This document shows positions 18,401 through 28,000 of a DNA stretch of 32,000 bases, piece after piece. The notes under the pieces are model-generated. The model searched no databases. It was not told the origin of the DNA and saw only the letters and a program-made list of their open reading frames with translations. The position numbers and the translations under genes were made by a program. Source of the DNA: Acaryochloris thomasi RCC1774 (GTDB lineage: Bacteria; Cyanobacteriota; Cyanobacteriia; Thermosynechococcales; Thermosynechococcaceae). Location of the stretch: the NCBI RefSeq assembly GCF_003231495.1, contig NZ_PQWO01000013.1, positions 120,001 through 152,000 on the forward strand, read 5' to 3'. Each line of letters opens with the position of its first letter. Positions within the stretch are counted from its first letter, which is position 1.

Positions 18401-21117
18401 GCCACCCGATAAATATCAGTGTTGTCTGTCGTGGCTGGCAGTAGGTCTGCGTTTAGACCATAGGTTTTGGAGACAATCCCTCCGTTAACGTCAGAATCAG
18501 TAGCCCAGGCAACGCCAAACTCAAACGTATCGCCGTTCGCATCAGGAGCCCCAGTCACAAATGGTTCAAAGATATCAGTGCTGAAACCAGGCACGTCATT
18601 GCTACCGTCAACATCATCGACTTGGACCAGTGTGCCGTCGGCTTCATCACCAAAGGCAGCCAATTCGGCTTGAGTCCGAAGTGTTAGCCCAGAATCAGGC
18701 AGCTCTGGATCAAGTCCAAATCCATCAATAGGCACATCATCAACCTCTAGCCCCCCTGCGTCAGAATCTGCAGCCGTAATCACCAAGGTGTTGGGATCAG
18801 TATTATCAACAAAATCAAGAGCAACACCAATTGCCTCATCCGCACGCAGGGCTGCTTCAATGGTGCCGGCAGCATTGTTATCGTTACCAAAGTTGTCTGT
18901 TCCTTCTTCTTCCAAAGCTAAGAAGAAACCATCAGGATCGCGGTCTAGAATGGGCAGCGCCACCTGGAGCATCTCAGCAACAGTAGGTGGATTGGGATTT
19001 AGGGGCGGCTGACCGTAAAGGATTAAATCGCCATTCTCATCCACCAATCCATCTCGCCGCAGTTCGTCCTCAGAAAAGTCGTTATAGGTATCTTCAGCAG
19101 CAAAGATGCCTAACAGGCGATCGGTGGTAGTAGAATCAACGGCCAGCAGTTCCTCGCGGTCAAAAACAACTGTATAACCTGCTGCTTCAGCTTCTTCAAT
19201 CAGGTTGCGGCCGTCAGTACGCGTCCCTTCTTCGCCAAAAACACCAGTGGTTCCAACTGGCAGGTAATCGGTTTCACCGGCCCCAAGGATCACATCTGGT
19301 CGCTGATCCAAGATTTCAGCGGTAATTTCCTCCGTTTGGCCCCGATTGTCCACATCAGCCAGAAAGACGCCGGTTCCGGGTTCAGCAATAAAGCCAGAGT
19401 TAATGATACCGACTGCTTTTCCTGCGGCCTGGGCCTCTTGGGCAATGGTGGCATTCTGACCAGAGAGCGCAGTAATCTCTTGACCTCCTTCATCAACCGG
19501 CGCATCAAACCCAAAACTGCCCGAAAAGGGTTTAACACCGTAGGCGTGAACAACAGCCCCAGCGTTTGATGTAGAAACTAGACGATCTTCAATATGGCCT
19601 AGATAAACGCCCGCGTTACTCAACTGATCCCAATTCAGGCGACCATCAGTCCCTTTGGATGCAAGCCTTGCCGCCGCATAGTGGGAAGGACTGGTTCCGT
19701 CCGGATGAATGAAAATCACATTGCCAGTATCGGACGTCGGTTCTGGCGCTTCACGAGGCACGAGATCATCAGGCACGCCCTCTGGTGCATCTAAACGAAC
19801 ATCAAACAGACTCTCGTAGATTAATCGATAAATGGTTGTGTTATCGAGAGTTGCAGGTAGGCGCTCAGCCCCTTCCCCGTAAGCCTTAGAAACAATACTG
19901 CCCGCGAAGTCCGGTAGGCCTGCCCAAGCAACACCGAATTCATAGCTGTTGCCGTTGGCATCAGGAGCACTGACAAAGGGTGCGGTATCACTGCCAGTAG
20001 TCCCATCCAGCGGAACTGTAATACCGCTATCTTCTCCTGCTTCGTCCAACTGTGGCTGGGTGGTGGTGGTTCCCACCGTCGGACCGGAAACATCATCAAT
20101 CTCTAAAGCGCCTCCCGCACTGTCGGCAGCGGTGACGACAAAGGTATTAGAGTTGACGTTCTCAATAAAATCTCGGGCTACCCCAATAGCAGCATCGGCT
20201 CTTAAGGTGGCATCAATTGTGCCGCGGGCATTGTTATTGTTGCCGAAGTTGTCTGTGCCTTCTTCTTCGAGAACAATGAAAAAACCATCTTCTTCTTGAC
20301 TAAAGAGATCAAGATTGAGTGTTGCCTGCAGCATCTCGGCCACAGTGGGCGGATTGGGGTTAATGGGTGGCTGACCGTAGGTAATCAGTTCACCGTTTTC
20401 ATCGACAAGACCATCTTCAATGAGTTGTCCTTCGGGCACATCGTTGTAGGTATCATCGGCAGCAAACACACCCAAAACTCGCTCGGTATCTGCTGGAAGG
20501 CTTTCCAACTGCTCATGAGTGTAGACAACGGTGTAACCCAGTGCCTCTGCTTCTTCAATCAAGTTACGACCATCGGTGCGGGTCCCTTCTTGGCCGAAGA
20601 AACCAGTCGTTCCGATGGGTAAATAATCAATTTCACCCGCAGCCATGATTACGTTCACGCCAGATTCCAAAACCTGGGCGGTGATGCCCTCGCGATCGCT
20701 ACGGCTCTCAGCATCAGCCAGAAAAACACCCGTCCCAGGCTCAGCAACGAAACCTGAGTTAATGACGGCTGTCGGACGACCCGCAACAATGGCCTCTTCC
20801 AGCGCGGTTGCATTTGGAGCCGAACCAGCAACATTCTGCCCCTGTAAGGCAGCTAGAGACTGGTATTCATCACCATTTTCATCAAAGCCAAAGCTGGGAG
20901 CCACGGCCTTGATGCCGTAGGCGTGAACCACAGCGCCTGCATTAGACGTTGCCACAACCTGATCATCCAGATGCCCAAGATAGACACCAGCAGCAGGGGC
21001 TTCATCCCAATTCAAGCGACCATCGGGGCCCACTGATTCAAAACGGGCGGCTGCAAAGTGGGACGGGTCCGCACCATCTGGATGGATAAAAATGACATTA
21101 CTCGTCATAGTCTTCAC
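15484..21117 (-). CDS. Giant secreted multidomain phosphoesterase: 2x alkaline-phosphatase-fold, phytase-like propeller with inserted GDPD, RTX array
   Basis: 1877-aa ORF. There is a GTG at 21117, but the ATG at 21108 preceded by GAGGTG is the more likely start. There is no signal peptide. AP-fold repeat 1 is aa 6-445 (nt 19783-21102) and repeat 2 is aa 466-920 (nt 18358-19722). The two repeats share NVIFIHPDG, TSNAGAVVHAYG, EGTRTDGRNLIEEAEA and NPNPPTVAEMLQ. The phytase-like (PF13449-type) N-part is aa 924-1095 (GFSGVQFADRDGSFWFLSDNGFG). GDPD is aa 1100-1475 (IGHRGASGVLPEHTLEAY...FIEPDLVSTKDGVLIARHE). The phytase-like C-part is aa 1495-1680 (SRGFEGLAISPD, YLVIERDGN, LLVANDNNYPF). Twelve RTX nonapeptides cover aa 1697-1804, followed by a 73-aa tail. 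Confidence 0.85.
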   Translation of the reverse strand: MKTMTSNVIFIHPDGADPSHFAAARFESVGPDGRLNWDEAPAAGVYLGHLDDQVVATSNAGAVVHAYGIKAVAPSFGFDENGDEYQSLAALQGQNVAGSAPNATALEEAIVAGRPTAVINSGFVAEPGTGVFLADAESRSDREGITAQVLESGVNVIMAAGEIDYLPIGTTGFFGQEGTRTDGRNLIEEAEALGYTVVYTHEQLESLPADTERVLGVFAADDTYNDVPEGQLIEDGLVDENGELITYGQPPINPNPPTVAEMLQATLNLDLFSQEEDGFFIVLEEEGTDNFGNNNNARGTIDATLRADAAIGVARDFIENVNSNTFVVTAADSAGGALEIDDVSGPTVGTTTTQPQLDEAGEDSGITVPLDGTTGSDTAPFVSAPDANGNSYEFGVAWAGLPDFAGSIVSKAYGEGAERLPATLDNTTIYRLIYESLFDVRLDAPEGVPDDLVPREAPEPTSDTGNVIFIHPDGTSPSHYAAARLASKGTDGRLNWDQLSNAGVYLGHIEDRLVSTSNAGAVVHAYGVKPFSGSFGFDAPVDEGGQEITALSGQNATIAQEAQAAGKAVGIINSGFIAEPGTGVFLADVDNRGQTEEITAEILDQRPDVILGAGETDYLPVGTTGVFGEEGTRTDGRNLIEEAEAAGYTVVFDREELLAVDSTTTDRLLGIFAAEDTYNDFSEDELRRDGLVDENGDLILYGQPPLNPNPPTVAEMLQVALPILDRDPDGFFLALEEEGTDNFGNDNNAAGTIEAALRADEAIGVALDFVDNTDPNTLVITAADSDAGGLEVDDVPIDGFGLDPELPDSGLTLRTQAELAAFGDEADGTLVQVDDVDGSNDVPGFSTDIFEPFVTGAPDANGDTFEFGVAWATDSDVNGGIVSKTYGLNADLLPATTDNTDIYRVAYQTLFGVAPDAPSSELVGFASLPADTFAEGPPAGNDDGEGNPIDANGRTGPFEGQPVQGFSGVQFADRDGSFWFLSDNGFGAQENSADYLLRLYRADPSFVGSEGGDGSVEIEDFIQLSDPNGLIPFDIQNGDTTERLLTGADFDIESFVIGSNGDIYVGDEFGPYLLHFGANGTLLDAPIPTPNPVELNTLNSQDPIVIGHRGASGVLPEHTLEAYRVAIAQGADFIEPDLVSTKDGVLIARHEPILDDTTNVAEVFGSERMSTKFLDGVETTAYFAEDFTLAEIKQLRAVQSRNFRSQDFNDAFEIPTFQEVIELVQEVEAETGRAVGIYPETKHPTFFDLQGLSLEEKLIDTLQETGFTDPNRIFIQSFEFQNLIELQAMLDAEDLGDIPLVQLYGNATDGANPDETFSVPFDIRFNVQQRNNLVEIYGQEFLDAAENPLSEDTLYSDLDNPEFLQVISQRYAEGAGPWKNNFLLRDALETPVDADGDGVAEITSQLTGEVTSFVDDAHDAGLQVHPYTLRNEERFLTLNADGTSQTPEEEIQQLIEIGVDGFFTDFPNTGDLVRDQLVADQVRSPQNPDVQSGDAVANINGSRGFEGLAISPDRQTLYPLLEGTVEGDPEGSLRIYDFDVASSEYQGVLGRYQLDDPSHAIGDFTAINASEYLVIERDGNQGEEAAFKKIFKVNLSDIDEEGFVRKEELVDLLDIQDPNDLNGDGETTFDFPFVTIEDVLVLDEDTLLVANDNNYPFSVGRGPDIDNNEIIQIKLEQPLDIDPRVGLAGVDRAGISGTDDRDVLIGTADADFIEGLNGDDVLRGLVGNDFLEGGAGRDNIKGGAGRDTLDGGEDRDILFGKRGNDLLLGGDGLDRIIGGRGEDTLVGGAGRDVLTGGIGADVFVLEVDQGRDTISDYQVGVDTLGLADELTVEQLGVTVGTENTFIQLLETGQNLAVLDGVKANQDKLTFESFSTIV
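15706..16029 (-). repeat. RTX (GGxGxDxUx) nonapeptide array, 12 uninterrupted in-phase units
   Basis: GTDDRDVLI GTADADFIE GLNGDDVLR GLVGNDFLE GGAGRDNIK GGAGRDTLD GGEDRDILF GKRGNDLLL GGDGLDRII GGRGEDTLV GGAGRDVLT GGIGADVFV (aa 1697-1804). Confidence 0.9.
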
Positions 21118-21722
21118 CTCAATCGGAGAACTAATACTCTGGGCTTATTACTAAAAGCGAAACGGACAACAGCTTTCCAAAATCACATTAAAAACTGCGA
21201 AAAGGCACTCTCAAGAGAAGAAAAAACAATATCTAAAACAAAAATTCCCAACTACATCAACTGCATCAAAGAAGAGAATCAATCATGAAATACGTGCTAA
21301 AAATGCTACGCAAAATCCAAACTCATTAAACAGGATCAAGAGATACGTAAAAATACAAGTACTCTCATATCCCTAATAAGCATAGTCTCACCATCACAGC
21401 GAAAACAGGTTAAAGTCTAGTTCAAAAACCACTAAGATAAAATTAAATTCATAATGACACGTAGATGTATTCATAAAAACTATTTTTCATAAATTCTGTT
21501 TTTTAAGTATCTTCATTTATACAAAAAGCCATCATCTAAAAAAAGATAACGGATTTCAGCAAGAAGGAGAAATAGACTACATTTCTAGTTCGGTACACAA
21601 ATGAGTATTTATTTTTCATCTAATTTCTCTCAAGCTCAACCTCAGATTTCAGCTTAAACATCAGTTTTTTTTCTACCAACAACTCATAAGTGGTTGGCTA
21701 TTAAAACCAAGTTAGAGGCAAT

Positions 21723-21752
21723 CTACTGGAGAGCATGTTTGCTCTCCAGTAG
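21723..21752. other. Perfect 12-bp hairpin inside the AT-rich spacer between the giant genes
   Basis: CTACTGGAGAGC (21723-21734), loop ATGTTT, GCTCTCCAGTAG (21741-21752). It is a GC-richer island in AT-rich surroundings, with no flanking U-tract on either strand. It lies about 350 nt downstream of the stop of the 2439-aa gene, so it may be a terminator or an RNA-stability element. Confidence 0.4.
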
Positions 21753-22099
21753 CCTTCCGCAACAAATTAATATGCCAATCTTTCAGAGAATAATATTGCT
21801 ATATGCTTTATCAGGAGTAATAGTTAAATTAAATTCAGTGCTATGCAAAAACAGCCGATCATTTTCATTTAACTCAAGTCAAAAGGAATACTTTCATAAA
21901 AACCGACATCCACCTAATTGATCAGGCGAATTAACAACTACCTAAGGCCAGATGAATAAGAGTTTAAGAATTAGTTTCATCAAGCTGACACTAGAAGCAA
22001 TCACAAAGACTACTATTGAAATTTCATCAATTCAGACTTCTTAGAAATTCAGAAAGACATTGAGATAATACGCAGCACTGCTTCGAGGGCAGTTGACGA

Positions 22100-25000
22100 T
22101 TAAACTACGGATGAGAAGGTTTGAAAGGTCAAATCTTCTACCTCCGCAGCGACATTACTCAACACGGCAAGTTGCTGATTCTCCTCCTCAAAAACAATCA
22201 GGGTATTGCCGCCTTGAATGGAGACCCCGAGCTGATCAACGGTCAACCCATCCGATAGCCCCAGAGCATCTTGCCCCATCTCGAAGTCACGAATGAAATC
22301 TCGACCTTGACCGACTTCTAGAACAAACAGATCAGCGCCACGTCCTCCAGAGAGCAGATCACGGCCCGACCCGCCAATCAGCGTATCAGCCCCAAGGTTG
22401 CCTGCAATTTGGTCACGGTCTGCGCCTCCTGATAACAAGTCAGCTCCCCTGCCGCCAAGGATAAAATCGTTACCATTACCGCCCTCGATAACATCATCAC
22501 CGCGTCTGCCATCCAGTCGGTCAAAGCCGTTGCCGCCCAATAGAGTATCGTGGCCTGCTCCTCCTCGAATATTGTCGGAGCCATTATTGCCTAACAGGAA
22601 ATCATCACCCAACAGCCCTCGGATCACGTCGTTACCGTTCAGCCCCTCGATGGCATCTGATTCAGCAGTTCCGATCAGCACGTCGCTGAAGTTGGTGCCG
22701 GTAATCTCATTCACCTGAGGGGCATCGATCACCGTATCCTCACGGAAGTTGAGGTTCTGGATGCGAGTGTCTTCTGCTGGATCCGTTTCTGCGTCGCTGA
22801 AGGCAGGCGTCGTCGCATCATCGTCCGCCGGGAAGTTAGTGGCCAAGTACTCAGCAAGCACATCTTGCTCGGTGCCTGGATCGGCGAAGGTTGCAGCGCC
22901 AGCATCGGTCAATACATCAGGAAGATCAACACGATTAGCCTCTGGACCTGTGGGGAACGGATATCCGTCACCACCATCGGCAAGGAAATTCAGGGTCACA
23001 ATGCGGAAAGTGCGGCTGGTCTCGCCCACCAGCTCTCCGCCTTGAACCACGGTGTCGATATCGTTGCCGTCTGCATCTGTGATCGTAAGAGACTGTACTC
23101 TATCGCCAGGGTCAGCATCGGGATCGAAGCTAAATTGAACCCCAGAAATCTGAGAAAACTGACCGGGTGTAGCGCCTTCTTCAGTGGCCGCAACGCTGTG
23201 CTCAACTACCTCTAGTAGCTGATCAGCCGTCAAGGTCAGCAGCGTCAGGCTGTTGTTGAAGCGGAGAGAATTATCGATATCTAGCTGAGAAATTTGACCT
23301 TCTTCCTTGCCCGAAACAGGGTTAGCCTGTGGCGGTAACTCCTTACCGTCGGCGTCGATTTCGCCGATGGGTGCCCGAATCCCGCCGCCGTTCTTAAGAG
23401 AAAGAACAACGGTCTCGTCAAAGGCCTGTGCCGCTGCAAGGTTGGCATCGGCAGTCAAGTTTCCAATATTGGTCTCTTCGGTGCGGACGCTCTCTCGCCG
23501 ACCGTCGATAAAGACATCGGTTTGACCAAAGACGTTGCCGTCTTGCTCTGCTACGACATCCGAGACGGCATTGGTAAGCTGCTGAACTCCGGTGGCTTTT
23601 GTCGAAGATGCGATGGCCGAAGGCCGGCCTTCGGCCATCGCATCTTCGACACCCTCAGTCCCGTATACCTCATTGACCACCTCATCTGTGGTGGCATAGG
23701 CGCCACTCACCTCAGAATCAACGCTATCGGTAATCACGTTACCTTCAGCATCAAACTCTAAAACCAGACGACCCACATAGCTATATTCACCGTCTGTACT
23801 GACGATCAGCACAGGGTTGCCGTTGGCATCGGTGGTCTCAAAGGGATAGTCCCCATCAGCTACATCGCCGGGTCGGAGCGTATCTGTTGCATCGGCCAAG
23901 AGCGTATCGGAGCCGCCGGCAATAATCACATCCACACCGTCTAAAAGACCCGCTAACTCCTGCTCCAGTGCAATTTGCTGCAGGTGAGAGACCAAGACGA
24001 TCTTGTTGATGCCCAGGTCACGGAGGCGATCCACCTCGGGCTGTAGGGTCTCCGCTAGGGCCACCATGTTGTTCTCTTGGGGACCAATGACGGTTGTGCC
24101 CGTGGGTGAAGAAATACTGTCCAGAATCTGGGTGGTGGCACCAATGACGCCGATTTGTTCACCACCTTCGTCAATAATCGTCGAGGGAGCAATCTTCGGT
24201 ACTTCAGTCCCTGCAAGGGATTGCTCCGGCCCCGTGCGGAAGTCTGTATTCGTCAGGATCTCATTGGTGAACAGCTCACTAAGCACTTCATCACCGGAGA
24301 AATCAAGGTTTGCTGAGAGGTAAGGGAATAGAGCGCCGACATTGCGATCGTCTTCAAGACCTGGATCTCTGAAATCAGGCGCAATGATATCGGCCAGGGT
24401 ATCCGAACCGAGGTCAAATTCGTGGTTACCGATTGCTGAGGCATCGAAACCTATCAGGTTCATGATCGCGATATCGACTCGGCCACCGCCTTCGCGCAAA
24501 CCAGCGTAGAAATCTTCAATCGCATCGCCATCCACATCCGCCGGCAAGTTGAAGAGGCCGTTGTAGAGGTCGTTAAAGATGCCGCTATCTCGGAACGCAG
24601 CCTGATCGCCTGCGGCATTAAAGAAGGGACCGGCGAGATAGTTATCGCCTGCCGAAAGCGTGATGGAGTTCTCAAACTGATCTTCAAAATTATCAATGAG
24701 AGCCGCAAAATTGGGGGCGCGCCCAATGGCATCGACTCCCCCCTCTAAATCCGATGCATGGAGAATCTGCAGCGTGAAGTTACTGGCTGGTGCATCAGTG
24801 CCGATATTCAAGCGACTCACAAGAGGTTCGTGGTCACTGGCGACCACCGTATCGTTAAATTCAATTGCATTATCGTCACGGGTAAAGTCGTTATTAACGT
24901 GAACAATGTCAAATTTCGCCTCTGGGAGTAGCGAATCGCTGACAAACGAGTGGTCCAGGACCTGACTGTTGCCATCGAAAATGAAGGTTGAGGCATCTCC

Positions 25001-28000
25001 ACCGGCCTCAGCTTGGGAGACGAGGTTCGTCAAAACCTGCTCATCTCCGGTACCCGGCAGAATCTCAGCAAGGTCATTCGTGAACTGAAAGGTATTCAGA
25101 TCACCCGTCACAACGATATTGGCATCAGACTGCGCGGCCAACGCAGCATCAACATACTCGTTAATCGCCAGGGATTGAGCTTCCCGCTCTGCTTCAGCAG
25201 CTTGCACAAAGGGCTGAGTGCCACCAAAGATAGGGGTCGATCCAAACCGAGAGGAGAAATGATTATTAATGACCGTGACGGCCTCACCATTGAAGGAGAA
25301 GGTTCCTGCAAGAGGAATGCGGCTACCAGCGAGGGCGTCAGGATTGCTGACACCGGCTGATTCTAGATTGGCAGGTGTCAAAGCTTCGGTAGAGTCGAGC
25401 GAGACCCGTTCGGGGTTATAGAGGAAAGCATTGCGGATATTGCCGCCGGGAACGCCACCCTGTGGAATCGTACTTTCGTCGGCGCTGGAGTCGGCAAAGA
25501 CGTCAAAAAACTCGTAGGTGGGGCCGCCTGAAGTTGCGATCGCATCGACTAAATCCTGCAGAGTCTGAGAAGCGTCACTGACCGCAATGTTATCTCCTCC
25601 ACTTGCCCCATCGTTATCTTGGATTTCCTGGAGCGCAATAATGTCAGGTGAACCAAGATTAGCCACAATCTGCTCGGCCAGCAGCGATCGTTGTCGCGCA
25701 TCGGGATCGGTGACATCATCTTCCACCGCCGCTGTACTGGTCAAATTCAAGACGTTGTAGCTGGCAATCGTCAGCTGATCCTCGCTCCCCGTTAGCGTTG
25801 TGACTTCCTGCTCCAGGCCACCGGGGGTAACGACATTGACGGGTCCTGTCACATTAACCTCGAAGTTACCGAAGCTGTAACCGACCACTCCCGTTACATC
25901 TCCAAGCTGATCACCCACGTTTAAAGCCGGTGGTATCTCTTCTCCAGAAATTGTGGGATCAAACTGGATCTGAACCCGCTCTGGATTCTGATCGCCAGTA
26001 TTGTCAGGACCAGAGTTGAGGGGAATACCGCCCCGACTGTTGGGCGGATCGTCAGACGTTGCCCCCTGGTTAGGAAGCGTAAAGGCTTCTGCAGAGAAGT
26101 CACCAAAGACCCGCGTCGGTGAGACGGTGACCGCATCTTCAATCGTGACCCGCTGACCTTCAATACTTTCAAAGAAATCAATGGCATCATTTTCTGGATC
26201 AAAAGTATTCGCCGCATCGTCGGCTGTATCCCGTAGATTCACCGGCAGCTCATCGTCACTAATGACGGTTGTATTCGACGGTGACCGGCCACTCTGCCTA
26301 ATCACCACAGCTTCTGGCAAAGCATTACCACTGGAAAGAACCGTAATCTCAGAAGATGCAATCTGAGTAATGGAGAGGTTACCGGTATCGGCCCCACCTG
26401 GAATAAATTCGCCCACGGTGCCAGCAACCTCTAGCTGATCACCCACGGCAATGTCAGGGGTAGACCCAGTGAACACAAAAATGCCATCTGAAGTGTTGTC
26501 GTTGCCGTCGCCGGTGGGGTCTTGCAGGTAGAAACCATTGAAGGCCACTGCGGTCACAACACCACTCGTCGTCACATCGCTATCCACCAGCGTCGAGACA
26601 TGGCCCTCTCCCTGAATCGTGGAGATAGAGGTTAGGCCGTCACCATCGCCTAAATCATCAATCTCGAAAATCGTAGTACTCCCGCTGACTTCGTTACCGA
26701 CGACAAGTAAAGGAGAACCGTTGGGACTGTCTTCAGCAGAAATAAACAGCAATCCCTCAGGGCCAAGATCGCCTGCCGCAGGGTTCAGTGTGCCGTCGGG
26801 TAGCTCCACATCAACGGTGAAGTCACGATTGTTGATGTACTGAACAAACTCAGAGTTTGCCGGATCAGAGACATCGAACACCACAATGCCACCAATCCGC
26901 TCTAGACCGATAAAGGCGTAGGTGCGATCGCCCACAACGCCCACCGCGAGGCCTTCTGGCTCTGGCCCACTGTCATTGCTACGGCTATCAAAACTCCCAT
27001 TTTCATCATTATCGGAGTTGAAGGCTTCTGGAAGTAACTCTGCCGTAATCCGTTCGAGCTGGTCCCCGCTGTCAAACACTAAATTGCCCAAGGCATCGCG
27101 GATAGAAAAAGAACGGGAGCCAAAGGCAAATAGCTGATCGAAGTCGCCATCACCATCGATGTCCCCATCTACGCTGGAAACCTCTAGACGCCCCAAGTTC
27201 TCTTCGAGCTGGAGATTGGCAGCATCAGGAAACGCCTCTGGGTCGAGTGTCAAATCTTCGACACGCTCAATATCGGTGAGATCGTCAAAACTATCTCGTC
27301 CATCACCTTCGTTAGCTGTGATGAAGAAGGTCTGACCATTGGCATCAAAAGAAGCAATGGTGTCGGGCTGGAACAATCCAAAAACCGGAAAATTATCAAT
27401 ATTGATACCCCCATCTTCATCGCTAGGATCTAAGCCATTGGTGGCTTCATCGAAGCTGATTAGCCCCAGTTGAGTGGATGTGCCAGGGCCTTCATAGTCG
27501 TTGTCGTTAATGACGGCAAGGCGGCCATCCTCAAGGAGAGCCAAGCCTTCGGCTTGAGCACTAGGACTAAAACCAAGGGACGGTAAATTCGTGACTTGAA
27601 TCTTGTTAACAGGTTGAATGCCTGCTGCGACAAGTTCATCAGGGGAGAGCTGCTCTATTGTGGTGCCTTCAGTTGCGTTGGATAAATCGGTCCCCAGAAT
27701 ATTTGTGGCTCCCTGGAGGTCAATCTGAAAAATGCGTTGCTGGGCTGTATCGATGTCTTCGTTATCGCGTTCAATGACATAAAATTGTCCATTTCCTGCG
27801 AACACCACATCGCCAATGCGATCGACTTCAGCATCACCAAAGTCGATCCCAGAATCTGTGGTGATCAATGATGGCGTTTGCAGAACGTAGACAAATTCCT
27901 CCACTGGCTCTCCAGTCGTTGGATCAATGCCTAAAATCCGCAGGATGCTAGATCCGTTACTGGTGTCAGTATCGGGGTTAGAAAGTGGCGTTTGAATAAA

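Noticed and set aside
17500-18444. A 314-aa plus-strand ORF, along with many other plus-strand ORFs between 15.7 and 29.4 kb (for example 19949-20299 and 28851-29330).
   Set aside because: All lie antisense to the two giant genes, whose frames carry clear enzyme motifs. The translations are low-complexity (S/P/T/R/G-rich) with no recognisable motifs. They are shadow ORFs caused by codon bias.
21694-21921. A 75-aa ORF (and 21058-21288, 76 aa) in the AT-rich spacer.
   Set aside because: Both use weak or non-ATG starts, have Lys/Asn/Ile/Ser-rich compositions typical of AT-rich non-coding DNA, and lack an RBS. One spans the hairpin and the other overlaps the start of the giant gene.
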